From assembly GCA_046881885.1 (NCBI GenBank), contig JBKSMP010000028.1, positions 35,408 through 67,407 on the forward strand: DNA of 32,000 bases, in the 5' to 3' direction. Shown piece after piece: positions 8,199-15,543 of the stretch. The DNA comes from Opitutales bacterium. GTDB taxonomy: Bacteria; Verrucomicrobiota; Verrucomicrobiia; Opitutales; UBA9783. Numbering within the stretch: the first letter of the stretch is position 1; every line of letters starts with the position of its first letter. The notes under the pieces are model-generated. The model had not been told where the DNA came from. It was given only the letters and a program-made list of their open reading frames with translations, and ran no database searches. Made by a program: the position numbers and the translations under genes.

Positions 8199-8681
8199 TT
8201 AGTTAAGATCAGTCTCTTCAAAATCATCTTTTTCAAGATTTTCGCTATCCAAAACATTTTCGCTTTCTGAATTTTCGGAAGAAAGGTAGTCGTTAATAGA
8301 GCAATTTAAATCATGATAATACGTAATTACTTGTGTCATTATTTTCATCCAATAATCCCAAATTTGGTTTTGGGTTAAACAAAACCTTTGTCCTGCTGGA
8401 AAGGAAATTTGGAAATCAGGTATCGTTAAAGCACAAAGCATAGAAAATATTCTCGCAATTTTTCTTTCGGCATCAGGCTTTTCTATAAGTTTTTTATAAA
8501 GTGGTTTGGTGTTATTTAAAAGGGTAAATAAAAGCTCCTTGTCTGTTTTAAACGTATTTACAATTTCTTTTTTGCTAAACTTCTCAAAAATTTGATCAAT
8601 GATAAGATCTATTGGATCTCCTAAGCATGCACCTACTTTTAAAAATAACGAAACTAGCACAATCAACAATAAGCGTCCCAT
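8199..8681 (-). CDS. Hypothetical secreted protein or possible lipoprotein, tandem paralog 1
   Basis: The protein is 160 aa. The N-terminal signal 'MGRLLLIVLVSLFLKVGAC' has a lipobox-like VGAC. The C-terminal tail is acidic ('SENSESENVLDSENLEKDDFEETDLN'). It is paralogous to 7675..8118. Confidence 0.6.
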   Translation of the reverse strand: MGRLLLIVLVSLFLKVGACLGDPIDLIIDQIFEKFSKKEIVNTFKTDKELLFTLLNNTKPLYKKLIEKPDAERKIARIFSMLCALTIPDFQISFPAGQRFCLTQNQIWDYWMKIMTQVITYYHDLNCSINDYLSSENSESENVLDSENLEKDDFEETDLN

Positions 8682-8708
8682 GATTTGTATTGTGTTTCTT
8701 TTTTATAT

Positions 8709-8722
8709 AAAATCAAGTTTTT
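8709..8722 (-). promoter_or_regulatory. Conserved upstream element aaaatcaagttttt, copy 2, upstream of paralog 1
   Basis: Exact 14-nt match to 8131-8144. It lies 28 nt upstream of the 8681 start codon. Confidence 0.4.
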
Positions 8723-8805
8723 ATGTAAAAAATATTAGCATACAAGCACACCAAACTTACTATTATAAAAAATACTTTTATACTGAAATAAAATTTAACC
8801 TAAAC

Positions 8806-8881
8806 TGGTGGAGTCGATCGGATTCGAACCGACGACCTCCTGCTTGCAAAGCAGGCGCTCTTCCAACTAAGCTACGACCCC
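8806..8881 (-). tRNA. tRNA-Ala (anticodon UGC), CCA encoded
   Basis: The reverse complement folds as a cloverleaf: GGGGTCG-TA-GCTT-AGTTGGAA-GAGC-G-CCTGC-TTTGCAA-GCAGG-AGGTC-GTCGG-TTCGAAT-CCGAT-CGACTCC-A-CCA. The G3:U70 Ala identity pair is present. Length is 76 nt. Confidence 0.95.
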
Positions 8882-8978
8882 TTTGAAATTTACTCTGTTT
8901 ATAATCCGTTTTAGAATAGGATTTGTCAAGCTATCTTTCAGGAAAATTTTCACAGCAGCTAGTTGACGGAATATGTAC

Positions 8979-9515
8979 TCACAATTTACGGATGATATAG
9001 GCAAGGAATATGTTTTTTAATAAAGTACTGATTATAAAGGGTACAATGCCGAGCATCCAAGCCGTATGAAAGTCTGTTAGGCAGGCTAAATAAAGATAGC
9101 CGCAAGCAAATGTAGGTAATTCGCTTACTAAACCAATCATAAGCAAATGGGATGTTTTTTTTGATGAAACTCTTTCGTAAAGCATACCTGCTAAGTAGGC
9201 TGAGATTAAAAATCCCCACAAATAACCACTGGAATAACTTCCTAGTAAAACAGCAGGTCCACAAGAAAATTTTGCGAAAACAGGAAGGCCGAAAAAACCT
9301 TCTAAAAGGTAAAATGCAACAGCGGCTACTGTCAAACGTTTCCCTAATACACAAGCCAGAAAAAAGATAGTAATCGTTTGTAAGGTAAAAGGAACAGGGT
9401 AGAAGGGTACAGTAATTTGAGCGCTGGCTGCAAGCAACAAAGTTGCGGAAAATACCTGAATAAGTGATCTTATGGCATTACGCCCTTCTTGTAAAATTGT
9501 TTGTAAATACATCAT
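8979..9515 (-). CDS. bioY: Biotin transporter substrate-binding S component BioY
   Basis: The protein is 178 aa with 6 TM segments. 'ITVPFYPVPFTLQTITIFFLACVLG' and 'GFFGLPVFA...GSYSSGYLWGF' match the BioY signature. No bioM or bioN gene is adjacent. Confidence 0.8.
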   Translation of the reverse strand: MMYLQTILQEGRNAIRSLIQVFSATLLLAASAQITVPFYPVPFTLQTITIFFLACVLGKRLTVAAVAFYLLEGFFGLPVFAKFSCGPAVLLGSYSSGYLWGFLISAYLAGMLYERVSSKKTSHLLMIGLVSELPTFACGYLYLACLTDFHTAWMLGIVPFIISTLLKNIFLAYIIRKL

Positions 9516-9621
9516 AAATTACTTTAATACTCTGCAAAACGGCTTGTTTTCTTGCAAGGATAAAAGTTTATTTTTATAAAAACGCTTTGCTTTTCTTGAT
9601 ATAAGGTGGTACAAATTAAAT

Positions 9622-11028
9622 ATGTGCATTTACATAATGGGAATTTGCGGAACAATGATGTCGCATGTCGCGTTGTTATTGAAAGAAATGGGTTATAGAG
9701 TTTGTGGCTCTGATCACAAATTTATGGATCCGATAGCCAGAATGTTGAAAGAGCAAGCGATTCCAACGTTTGAAGGATACGAGGTTGATCGCTTAAAAGC
9801 TTTACGTCCGGATGCAGTCATTATCGGTAATGTTATTTCTAGAGGAAATGTCGAAGTGGAATTTTTATTAAACACAAAGGCCTTTCCTTTTTATTCTTTT
9901 CCAGAATTTTTAGAAAAAGTTCTTTTTAAGAAACGTCCGATGGTCGTGGTTTCAGGGACACATGGGAAGACGACCACAACAAGTGCATTGGCTTTTTTGT
10001 TAAAAGAGCCTTTAAATGCAGGGTATTTAATTGGAGGAATACCGAATAATTTTGAAACGGGTTGTGCTTTAGGGGCTGAGGATGCACCGTTTATTATTGA
10101 AGGCGATGAGTATGATACGGCTTTTTTTGATAAACGAAGCAAGTTTTTCCATTATTGGCCGGATACGCTCATTATCAACGCCATTGAATTTGACCACAGC
10201 GATATTTTTCGAGATTTACAGGAAATTCAACGTTCTTTTTACCAATTGACGCGTTTGTTACCTAAAGACGGTCATTTGGTTTTAAATGGAGATGATCCTA
10301 ATGTAAATGCTTTATTACCTTGCGATTGGACGCAAATCCATTCGGTAGGTTTCGGCGAACATAATCAATGGATTATCAATAATTTTAACACAGAAAATTT
10401 CCATATTTCGTTTGATTTATATCGCGATAAGCAGCTTATTTACGAGCATATCGAAGCTCCTTTGTTGGGAGAATTTAATGCACGAAATTTAGCCATGGCC
10501 TGTGTTGCTTGTTATGAAAATCGTTGGAAAATAAATCCGTACGATCTAAAGCAGTTTCATGGAGTTAAGCGTCGCCAAACCTTATTGCTGGAAGAAAAAA
10601 ATTTGGTTTTGTATGAAGACTTTGGCCATCATCCTACGGCAATACAAGCAACTTTGAAGTCCTTAAAAACGGCTTATCCTGATCATAAACTCGTTGCTGT
10701 TTTTGAGCCCGCTTGTAATACGAGCGCTTCACATTATTTTGAAGAACAAGCAACAAATGCTTTTGAATCGGCTCATGAAGTTTGGTTGTTACCTCCTAAG
10801 CAGCATCTTTATAGCGATCGTTTTATTGATACCCCCAAGCTGCTCAATAGTGCTCAGCTGTGTGAGCAGTTACAGTATGCTGGGTGTTTAACACGAACTT
10901 TTCCTTCCTATGATGAGCTTTTGTCATCATTAAATTCACAAAATTTTGCAGAAAAAACCGTTGTTTGTTGCTTCTCTAATGGAGGCCTTAGTGCGGCTTT
11001 AAAGGCGTTTTCTATACCCAGCAGCTAA
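9622..11028 (+). CDS. mpl: UDP-N-acetylmuramate:L-alanyl-gamma-D-glutamyl-meso-diaminopimelate ligase (Mpl)
   Basis: 'MCIYIMGICGTMMS' aligns to E. coli Mpl 'MRIHILGICGTFMG'. 'VSGTHGKTTTTS', 'IIEGDEYDTAFFDKRSKFFHY', 'EFDHSDIF' and 'FGHHPTAI' all match Mpl rather than MurC. Confidence 0.85.
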   Translation: MCIYIMGICGTMMSHVALLLKEMGYRVCGSDHKFMDPIARMLKEQAIPTFEGYEVDRLKALRPDAVIIGNVISRGNVEVEFLLNTKAFPFYSFPEFLEKVLFKKRPMVVVSGTHGKTTTTSALAFLLKEPLNAGYLIGGIPNNFETGCALGAEDAPFIIEGDEYDTAFFDKRSKFFHYWPDTLIINAIEFDHSDIFRDLQEIQRSFYQLTRLLPKDGHLVLNGDDPNVNALLPCDWTQIHSVGFGEHNQWIINNFNTENFHISFDLYRDKQLIYEHIEAPLLGEFNARNLAMACVACYENRWKINPYDLKQFHGVKRRQTLLLEEKNLVLYEDFGHHPTAIQATLKSLKTAYPDHKLVAVFEPACNTSASHYFEEQATNAFESAHEVWLLPPKQHLYSDRFIDTPKLLNSAQLCEQLQYAGCLTRTFPSYDELLSSLNSQNFAEKTVVCCFSNGGLSAALKAFSIPSS

Positions 11029-12042
11029 TTGTCCACAAGCACCTTGGATGGATTTACCGAAAGATTGTCGTACAGTAGCTTCGATGTGGCGTTGTTCCAA
11101 TTGTTTTTGGAAGTGGATAGCGGCAGCACGGCTTGTTTCAGGAACAGGTAAGTTTGGAATTGCGTGAAAAGGAATTAAATTCACATGATAGAGGTAACGC
11201 AAATCGCCACGTTGCTGAAAAATAGCTTCAAGTTTATCTAAATCCTCTTTGCGATTGTTAACACCTTCCAATAATGTGTACGCAAGATAAATTTTACGTT
11301 TAGTTTTACGAACACGCTCATCTAAAGCCTCAAAGATCGCCTCTAACGGATATTTTTTTGCCATGGGCATCCATTGTTCACGTAGTTTTTGATCTGGAAA
11401 GTGGAGCGAAAATGTGAGTGTAACATGCGGACAATGTTCATTGAGCTTACGAATACCTTCCACAATGCCTACCGTTGAAACGCTAATTCGGTGCGCACTT
11501 AAACCAAAGCCTTGAGGGTTTGATACTATATTTAATGCTTCTAGTATATGAGGATTCAGCAGAGCTTCACCCATCCCCATAACGGTAATGCGATCCAAGC
11601 CTTCGTTGGTTTTAGCTACATAAAGGACTTGTCCCAAAATCTCATCTAAGGTTAAATTTCGCTTAAAGCCGATGCCTCCTGTTGCACAAAATCGACAGGC
11701 ACATGGACAACCCACTTGTGTTGAAATACATAAAGAGCGAATGCCATCCTTGAAGCGCATATAAACACTTTCGATACGTTCCCCATCTTCCAATTGAAAC
11801 AGATACTTTTTTGCTTGTTCATCCTCTAATATTTCAATCGGGTCCAAGGGTAATAAACGATTTCCAAATTGTTCTTCTAGTTGCTTACGTAAGTCCAATG
11901 GAAATGTGGTTAAATCTTGAAAACTTAAGTGTTTATCTTTGAAGTAAAACTGCTGCCATTGTTTCTGGCGAAAACTGGGTTGGCCACTTTTTTCTAAAAA
12001 ATCTGAAACCTCTTTAAAATGCACGTGTTTTACATTAAGCAA
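10999..12042 (-). CDS. rlmN: 23S rRNA/tRNA adenine-C2 methyltransferase RlmN (radical SAM)
   Basis: The radical-SAM cluster motif is 'CISTQVGCPCACRFCATG'. 'GMGEALLN' and the C-terminal 'GACGQL' are also present. The apparent start is TTG at 12042, with no nearby ATG. The 3' end overlaps the mpl 3' end by 30 nt. Confidence 0.85.
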   Translation of the reverse strand: MLNVKHVHFKEVSDFLEKSGQPSFRQKQWQQFYFKDKHLSFQDLTTFPLDLRKQLEEQFGNRLLPLDPIEILEDEQAKKYLFQLEDGERIESVYMRFKDGIRSLCISTQVGCPCACRFCATGGIGFKRNLTLDEILGQVLYVAKTNEGLDRITVMGMGEALLNPHILEALNIVSNPQGFGLSAHRISVSTVGIVEGIRKLNEHCPHVTLTFSLHFPDQKLREQWMPMAKKYPLEAIFEALDERVRKTKRKIYLAYTLLEGVNNRKEDLDKLEAIFQQRGDLRYLYHVNLIPFHAIPNLPVPETSRAAAIHFQKQLEQRHIEATVRQSFGKSIQGACGQLAAGYRKRL

Positions 12043-12066
12043 ATTTTTGGAAAAAACAATCGATAA

Positions 12067-12810
12067 TTACAAAAAAGAAAGTTGCGGATCTTCGGTATTT
12101 GCCGAGTAAAGTTTTTTTAGGAAAGAGGGGCGATGCAAAGGACAAGGTCCCCATTTTTGAATGGCTTCGCGATGTTTTTCGGTTCCATACCCCTTATGCT
12201 CATTAAAACCATAGTGCGGATAGGTTTTGGCCAATTCCTGCATGTAATGATCTCGTGTGATTTTGGCCACAATTGACGCTGCTGCAATGCAAAAGCTTGT
12301 ACGATCACCTTTTACAAGACCTCTGTGTTCATAAGGTAATTGCTTTAAGGGAAGTCCATCTATAAGTATCGAAATATCCTTTTGCCTTGTATCAGAAACA
12401 AACAAAGAGGCCTTCTTTTTTAGGCTTAAGGAATGCTCTTTTTGTAGCTTCTCCAATGCCCTTTGAAACGCTAACGTTGTTGCTTGTAAAATATTATGTG
12501 TTTCAATCTCATCTACACTTGCTTCACCATGAGCAAAGCCTATGGTTCCTGTTTGCGCAAGTTCTTGAAGTTGTTTAAAAGCTTCCTCGCGTTGCTCTTC
12601 GGATAATAGCTTCGAATCTTGGAAGAGTGTTAAAAACTCTGACGCTTGATAGGTTGCAAAAAACTGCTGACTTATCCAAATACTTCCTGCCATTACAGGC
12701 CCAGCAAGAGCTCCACGTCCTGCTTCGTCGGCTCCGATTATACCTATGAATCCTTTTTCGAAAAATTGCGCATCGTAAGCCAAAAGAGAACTGTTTTTGT
12801 TTTTCGACAT
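12067..12810 (-). CDS. rnhB: Ribonuclease HII
   Basis: 'GADEAGRGALAGPVMA' is the DEXGRG active-site motif. 'DSKLLS', 'AAASIVAKITRD' and 'GYGT..H' are also present. At 247 aa it is somewhat longer than typical. Confidence 0.85.
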   Translation of the reverse strand: MSKNKNSSLLAYDAQFFEKGFIGIIGADEAGRGALAGPVMAGSIWISQQFFATYQASEFLTLFQDSKLLSEEQREEAFKQLQELAQTGTIGFAHGEASVDEIETHNILQATTLAFQRALEKLQKEHSLSLKKKASLFVSDTRQKDISILIDGLPLKQLPYEHRGLVKGDRTSFCIAAASIVAKITRDHYMQELAKTYPHYGFNEHKGYGTEKHREAIQKWGPCPLHRPSFLKKLYSANTEDPQLSFL

Positions 12811-12826
12811 TGAGCTATTTTTAAAC

Positions 12827-12904
12827 TGGTCGGGTCAGTGAGATTCGAACTCACGACCCCTTGCACCCCATGCAAGTGCGCTATCCAGGCTGCGCTATGA
12901 CCCG
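12827..12904 (-). tRNA. tRNA-Pro (anticodon GGG), CCA encoded
   Basis: The reverse complement reads CGGGTCA-TA-GCGC-AGCCTGGATA-GCGC-A-CTTGC-ATGGGGT-GCAAG-GGGTC-GTGAG-TTCGAAT-CTCAC-TGACCCG-A-CCA. Length is 78 nt, with G37 3' of the anticodon. Confidence 0.9.
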
Positions 12905-12969
12905 CCACTTCTTTAATTATTAAGCACGGATTAAGGACAAAAGTCAAGTGGTATTGTTGTTGGAAAGTA

Positions 12970-13875
12970 TTAAAAAAGCAGCTCTTTAAGTTTTTGATCA
13001 AGCAGAGGAGCGACAGAAACAATGTTGAGATCTTTGTCAAAGCCGTTTTCCAAGATGGGTAAGGTATTGGTTTCAATTAAACCTGCAATAGAGCTTGTAG
13101 CTAAGTTCGAAAAAATTTCTTGTCGAGTAATTCCATGCGTTACGGCACAAACGATGTTACGAGCACCGTTTTGGTGTAAGTACGTACTTGCGGCTTGTAA
13201 GGTTTTGCCTGAATCAATCATGTCATCTATCAAAAGTACCGATTTTTGTGCAACATCTCCGACTAATTCTAGGATTTTAACCTGGTTGTTTTCGCGGATT
13301 TTTCTGCAAAAACCAAATGGCATTGCTAATGCGTTTGCAAACGATTGTGTCCTTTTTATAGCTCCTTCATCGGCTGCTACACATATCCAATTTTCCTTTG
13401 TTGGGTACAGTTCTTTGAATCTTTCTAAAAGTAAATTATGAGCAGAAAGGTTGTGGATCCTAAGTGCTTTGTTGGGTAAAACAGGCTCATGTAGATCAAC
13501 TGTAATCCAATCTTGAACACCTGCATAAGCCATCAGATTCCCTATAAAAGAGCTTGTTGGCAATAAGTTTGTGTCGGATTGATTTTGTCGTGCATAAGGT
13601 GAACAGGGCCAAACGACAATGATAGTTGATGCACCTGCACCTTTAGCCGCATTAATAGCCAGCAAAAGCTCCATTAAATCGGTGTTTATCTGTTGTGTTT
13701 GTTGGACAAAAAGAACAACTGGAAGATTCCTAACAGATTCCGAAAACCTTATCGAAAGCTCCCCATTAGCAAACTGAACCTTGTTTAAGTAACAAGGCTC
13801 AATACCTAAATATGAACAGGTTTCTTGAAACAATTTGCACGTTTTCGATGTGCAAAAAGCTTTAATGTTTTGCAT
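12970..13875 (-). CDS. prs: Ribose-phosphate pyrophosphokinase (PRPP synthetase), divergent
   Basis: The protein is 301 aa. 'FANGELSIRFSESVRNLPVVLFVQ' has the N-terminal Prs pattern. The PRPP-binding loop is 'VLLIDDMIDSGKTL'. The start overlaps the lpxD 3' end by 14 nt. Confidence 0.75.
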   Translation of the reverse strand: MQNIKAFCTSKTCKLFQETCSYLGIEPCYLNKVQFANGELSIRFSESVRNLPVVLFVQQTQQINTDLMELLLAINAAKGAGASTIIVVWPCSPYARQNQSDTNLLPTSSFIGNLMAYAGVQDWITVDLHEPVLPNKALRIHNLSAHNLLLERFKELYPTKENWICVAADEGAIKRTQSFANALAMPFGFCRKIRENNQVKILELVGDVAQKSVLLIDDMIDSGKTLQAASTYLHQNGARNIVCAVTHGITRQEIFSNLATSSIAGLIETNTLPILENGFDKDLNIVSVAPLLDQKLKELLF

Positions 13876-14953
13876 CTTGCTTTAAAAAACAAGCTTTCGT
13901 AGCATCTTCCGTTAGGTACGCAAAGGTTTTCTCGAGGTTATCAACACGCTTAAACAATTCAGGAATGCGCCGCTTCAAACTATCGATTCGATGCGCTAAC
14001 ATGTACGGTAATGCAGGCGTACCACGTACGAAACTATTGTCTTCAAGATCATGATTAACACCGGCTTGTGCGCCAATCATAACGTGGTTTCCGATATGTA
14101 AATGGCCTGCTAATCCGACTTGTCCCGCAATGACGGCGTAATCACCAATGCGAGTGCTGCCTGCGATACCCACAAATGCAACAATAAAGCAGTGTTTGCC
14201 GATAACAACATTGTGGCCGATTTGAACCAAATTATCGATTTTTGTACCTTCGCCGATCCTTGTTTCATCAATGCGTGCGCGATCAATGGTTGTATTCGCA
14301 CCAATATCTACATGATCTTCCAGTACAACACGTCCTAATTGTGGTGAACGACGATGACAGCCTTCTTCGGTTTCGTAACCATAACCTTCGGAGCCAATAA
14401 CGACCCCTGCATCCAAAAAGCAATTGTGGCCAATTTCGGTTTTATCTAAAATGGTGACGTTTGCTTTTATGCAAGTACCTGACTTGATAAGAACATCATT
14501 CCCGACAAAAGCGTGCGCAACAAGTGAAACATCGTCTTCGATGATTGTGTTCGCACTGACAACGCATAAAGGGCCGATATACGCTTTTGAAGAAATTTTT
14601 GCAGAAGGATCGATAACAGCCGAAGGATGAATGCCAGGTTTAAATTTTGGCTTTATTTGCTGTTCGATGTCTCTGCAGATGGCATCCAAAGCTTTGGAAG
14701 GATTTTCCACCATTAAAAAGCACTGACCCGCTTTAGGCGATCCTACATAACTACTAGGAACTAAAATCAAAGCGGCTTTGGAAGAAAAAACTTCGGCTTT
14801 GTACTTCAAGTTTCCTAAGAAAGAAATGTCAGATTCAGTAGCCTTGTCCAAGCTAGCGATTCCCGTAAAAACATCACAAGAAGCGCTTCCTTGCACTTTT
14901 GAAGGCTGTACGAGTTCAACAATCTCATCGAATGTATACTTAATCGTTAGCAT
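13862..14953 (-). CDS. lpxD: UDP-3-O-acylglucosamine N-acyltransferase LpxD
   Basis: The protein is 363 aa. An N-terminal LpxD domain is followed by a long left-handed beta-helix of hexapeptide repeats ('IGHNVVIGKHCFIVAFVGIAGSTRIGDYAVIAGQVGLAGHLHIGNHVMIGAQAGV'). Position downstream of bamA-skp is the conserved synteny. Confidence 0.9.
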   Translation of the reverse strand: MLTIKYTFDEIVELVQPSKVQGSASCDVFTGIASLDKATESDISFLGNLKYKAEVFSSKAALILVPSSYVGSPKAGQCFLMVENPSKALDAICRDIEQQIKPKFKPGIHPSAVIDPSAKISSKAYIGPLCVVSANTIIEDDVSLVAHAFVGNDVLIKSGTCIKANVTILDKTEIGHNCFLDAGVVIGSEGYGYETEEGCHRRSPQLGRVVLEDHVDIGANTTIDRARIDETRIGEGTKIDNLVQIGHNVVIGKHCFIVAFVGIAGSTRIGDYAVIAGQVGLAGHLHIGNHVMIGAQAGVNHDLEDNSFVRGTPALPYMLAHRIDSLKRRIPELFKRVDNLEKTFAYLTEDATKACFLKQDAKH

Positions 14954-14964
14954 GGCCTACGCAC

Positions 14965-15531
14965 TTATTTTTTATTTGTTTTAGGAGCTGCTTTGTTGAC
15001 AACTTCAATAACGTCTTGAGTTAAATCGTACTTTGGTTTGGCGTATAAAACCCCCATTGCAGCTTTGTTAACAATGATATCTGCTTCTTTATCCTTAGCT
15101 AGAACCTCAATGCCTGCTTGGATTTCTTTAAAATGCTCGTCCATAACGGCTTGACGTTTTTCGCCTAATTTGCGTTCATTTTCGGCGCGATACATATTAA
15201 TTTCTTCGCCTTTTTTATTAATCTTTTCGTCCAGGTTAGCTAACTCTTTTTCCAATTTTTCATTGATTTCTTTAGAATTAGCAGGATTTTCACGCTTTTT
15301 TACTAAAATCTCGCGTTCATCAAAAAGAAGCTTTCCCTCTTGCATCAATTTTTCCAAGCCCTCTTGCGACTGTTTTACGAGCAGCTGGAAGTTTTCTTGT
15401 GCGGATTTTGTCTTATAAAAATGCTCATAAACCTCACTCAGATCTACAGCATAAATTTTTTGATCATCCCCCATCGTATTTAAAGAGGCGGATATAACTC
15501 CCATTGCTATTAAACTTATTTTCTTCAACAT
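14965..15531 (-). CDS. skp: Periplasmic chaperone Skp (OmpH family)
   Basis: The protein is 188 aa. It has a signal peptide, then a Lys/Glu-rich coiled-coil body. It sits between bamA and lpxD. Confidence 0.75.
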   Translation of the reverse strand: MLKKISLIAMGVISASLNTMGDDQKIYAVDLSEVYEHFYKTKSAQENFQLLVKQSQEGLEKLMQEGKLLFDEREILVKKRENPANSKEINEKLEKELANLDEKINKKGEEINMYRAENERKLGEKRQAVMDEHFKEIQAGIEVLAKDKEADIIVNKAAMGVLYAKPKYDLTQDVIEVVNKAAPKTNKK

Positions 15532-15543
15532 AATTTTACCTTT

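Noticed and set aside
7675-8881. The idea that the tandem paralogs form a tRNA-Ala- or comM-associated genomic island.
   Set aside because: No integrase is present, and I could find no direct repeat of the tRNA 3' end. comM appears intact. AT-richness alone is insufficient, so the genes are kept only as accessory-like.
8599-8886. The 95-aa plus-strand ORF spanning the paralog-1 start region and tRNA-Ala, and likewise the 110-aa minus-strand ORF 12744-13076 spanning tRNA-Pro.
   Set aside because: Both read straight through well-formed tRNA genes. For example, 'WWSRSDSNRRPPACKAGALPTKLRPL' is the translation of the tRNA sequence itself. They are artefacts.
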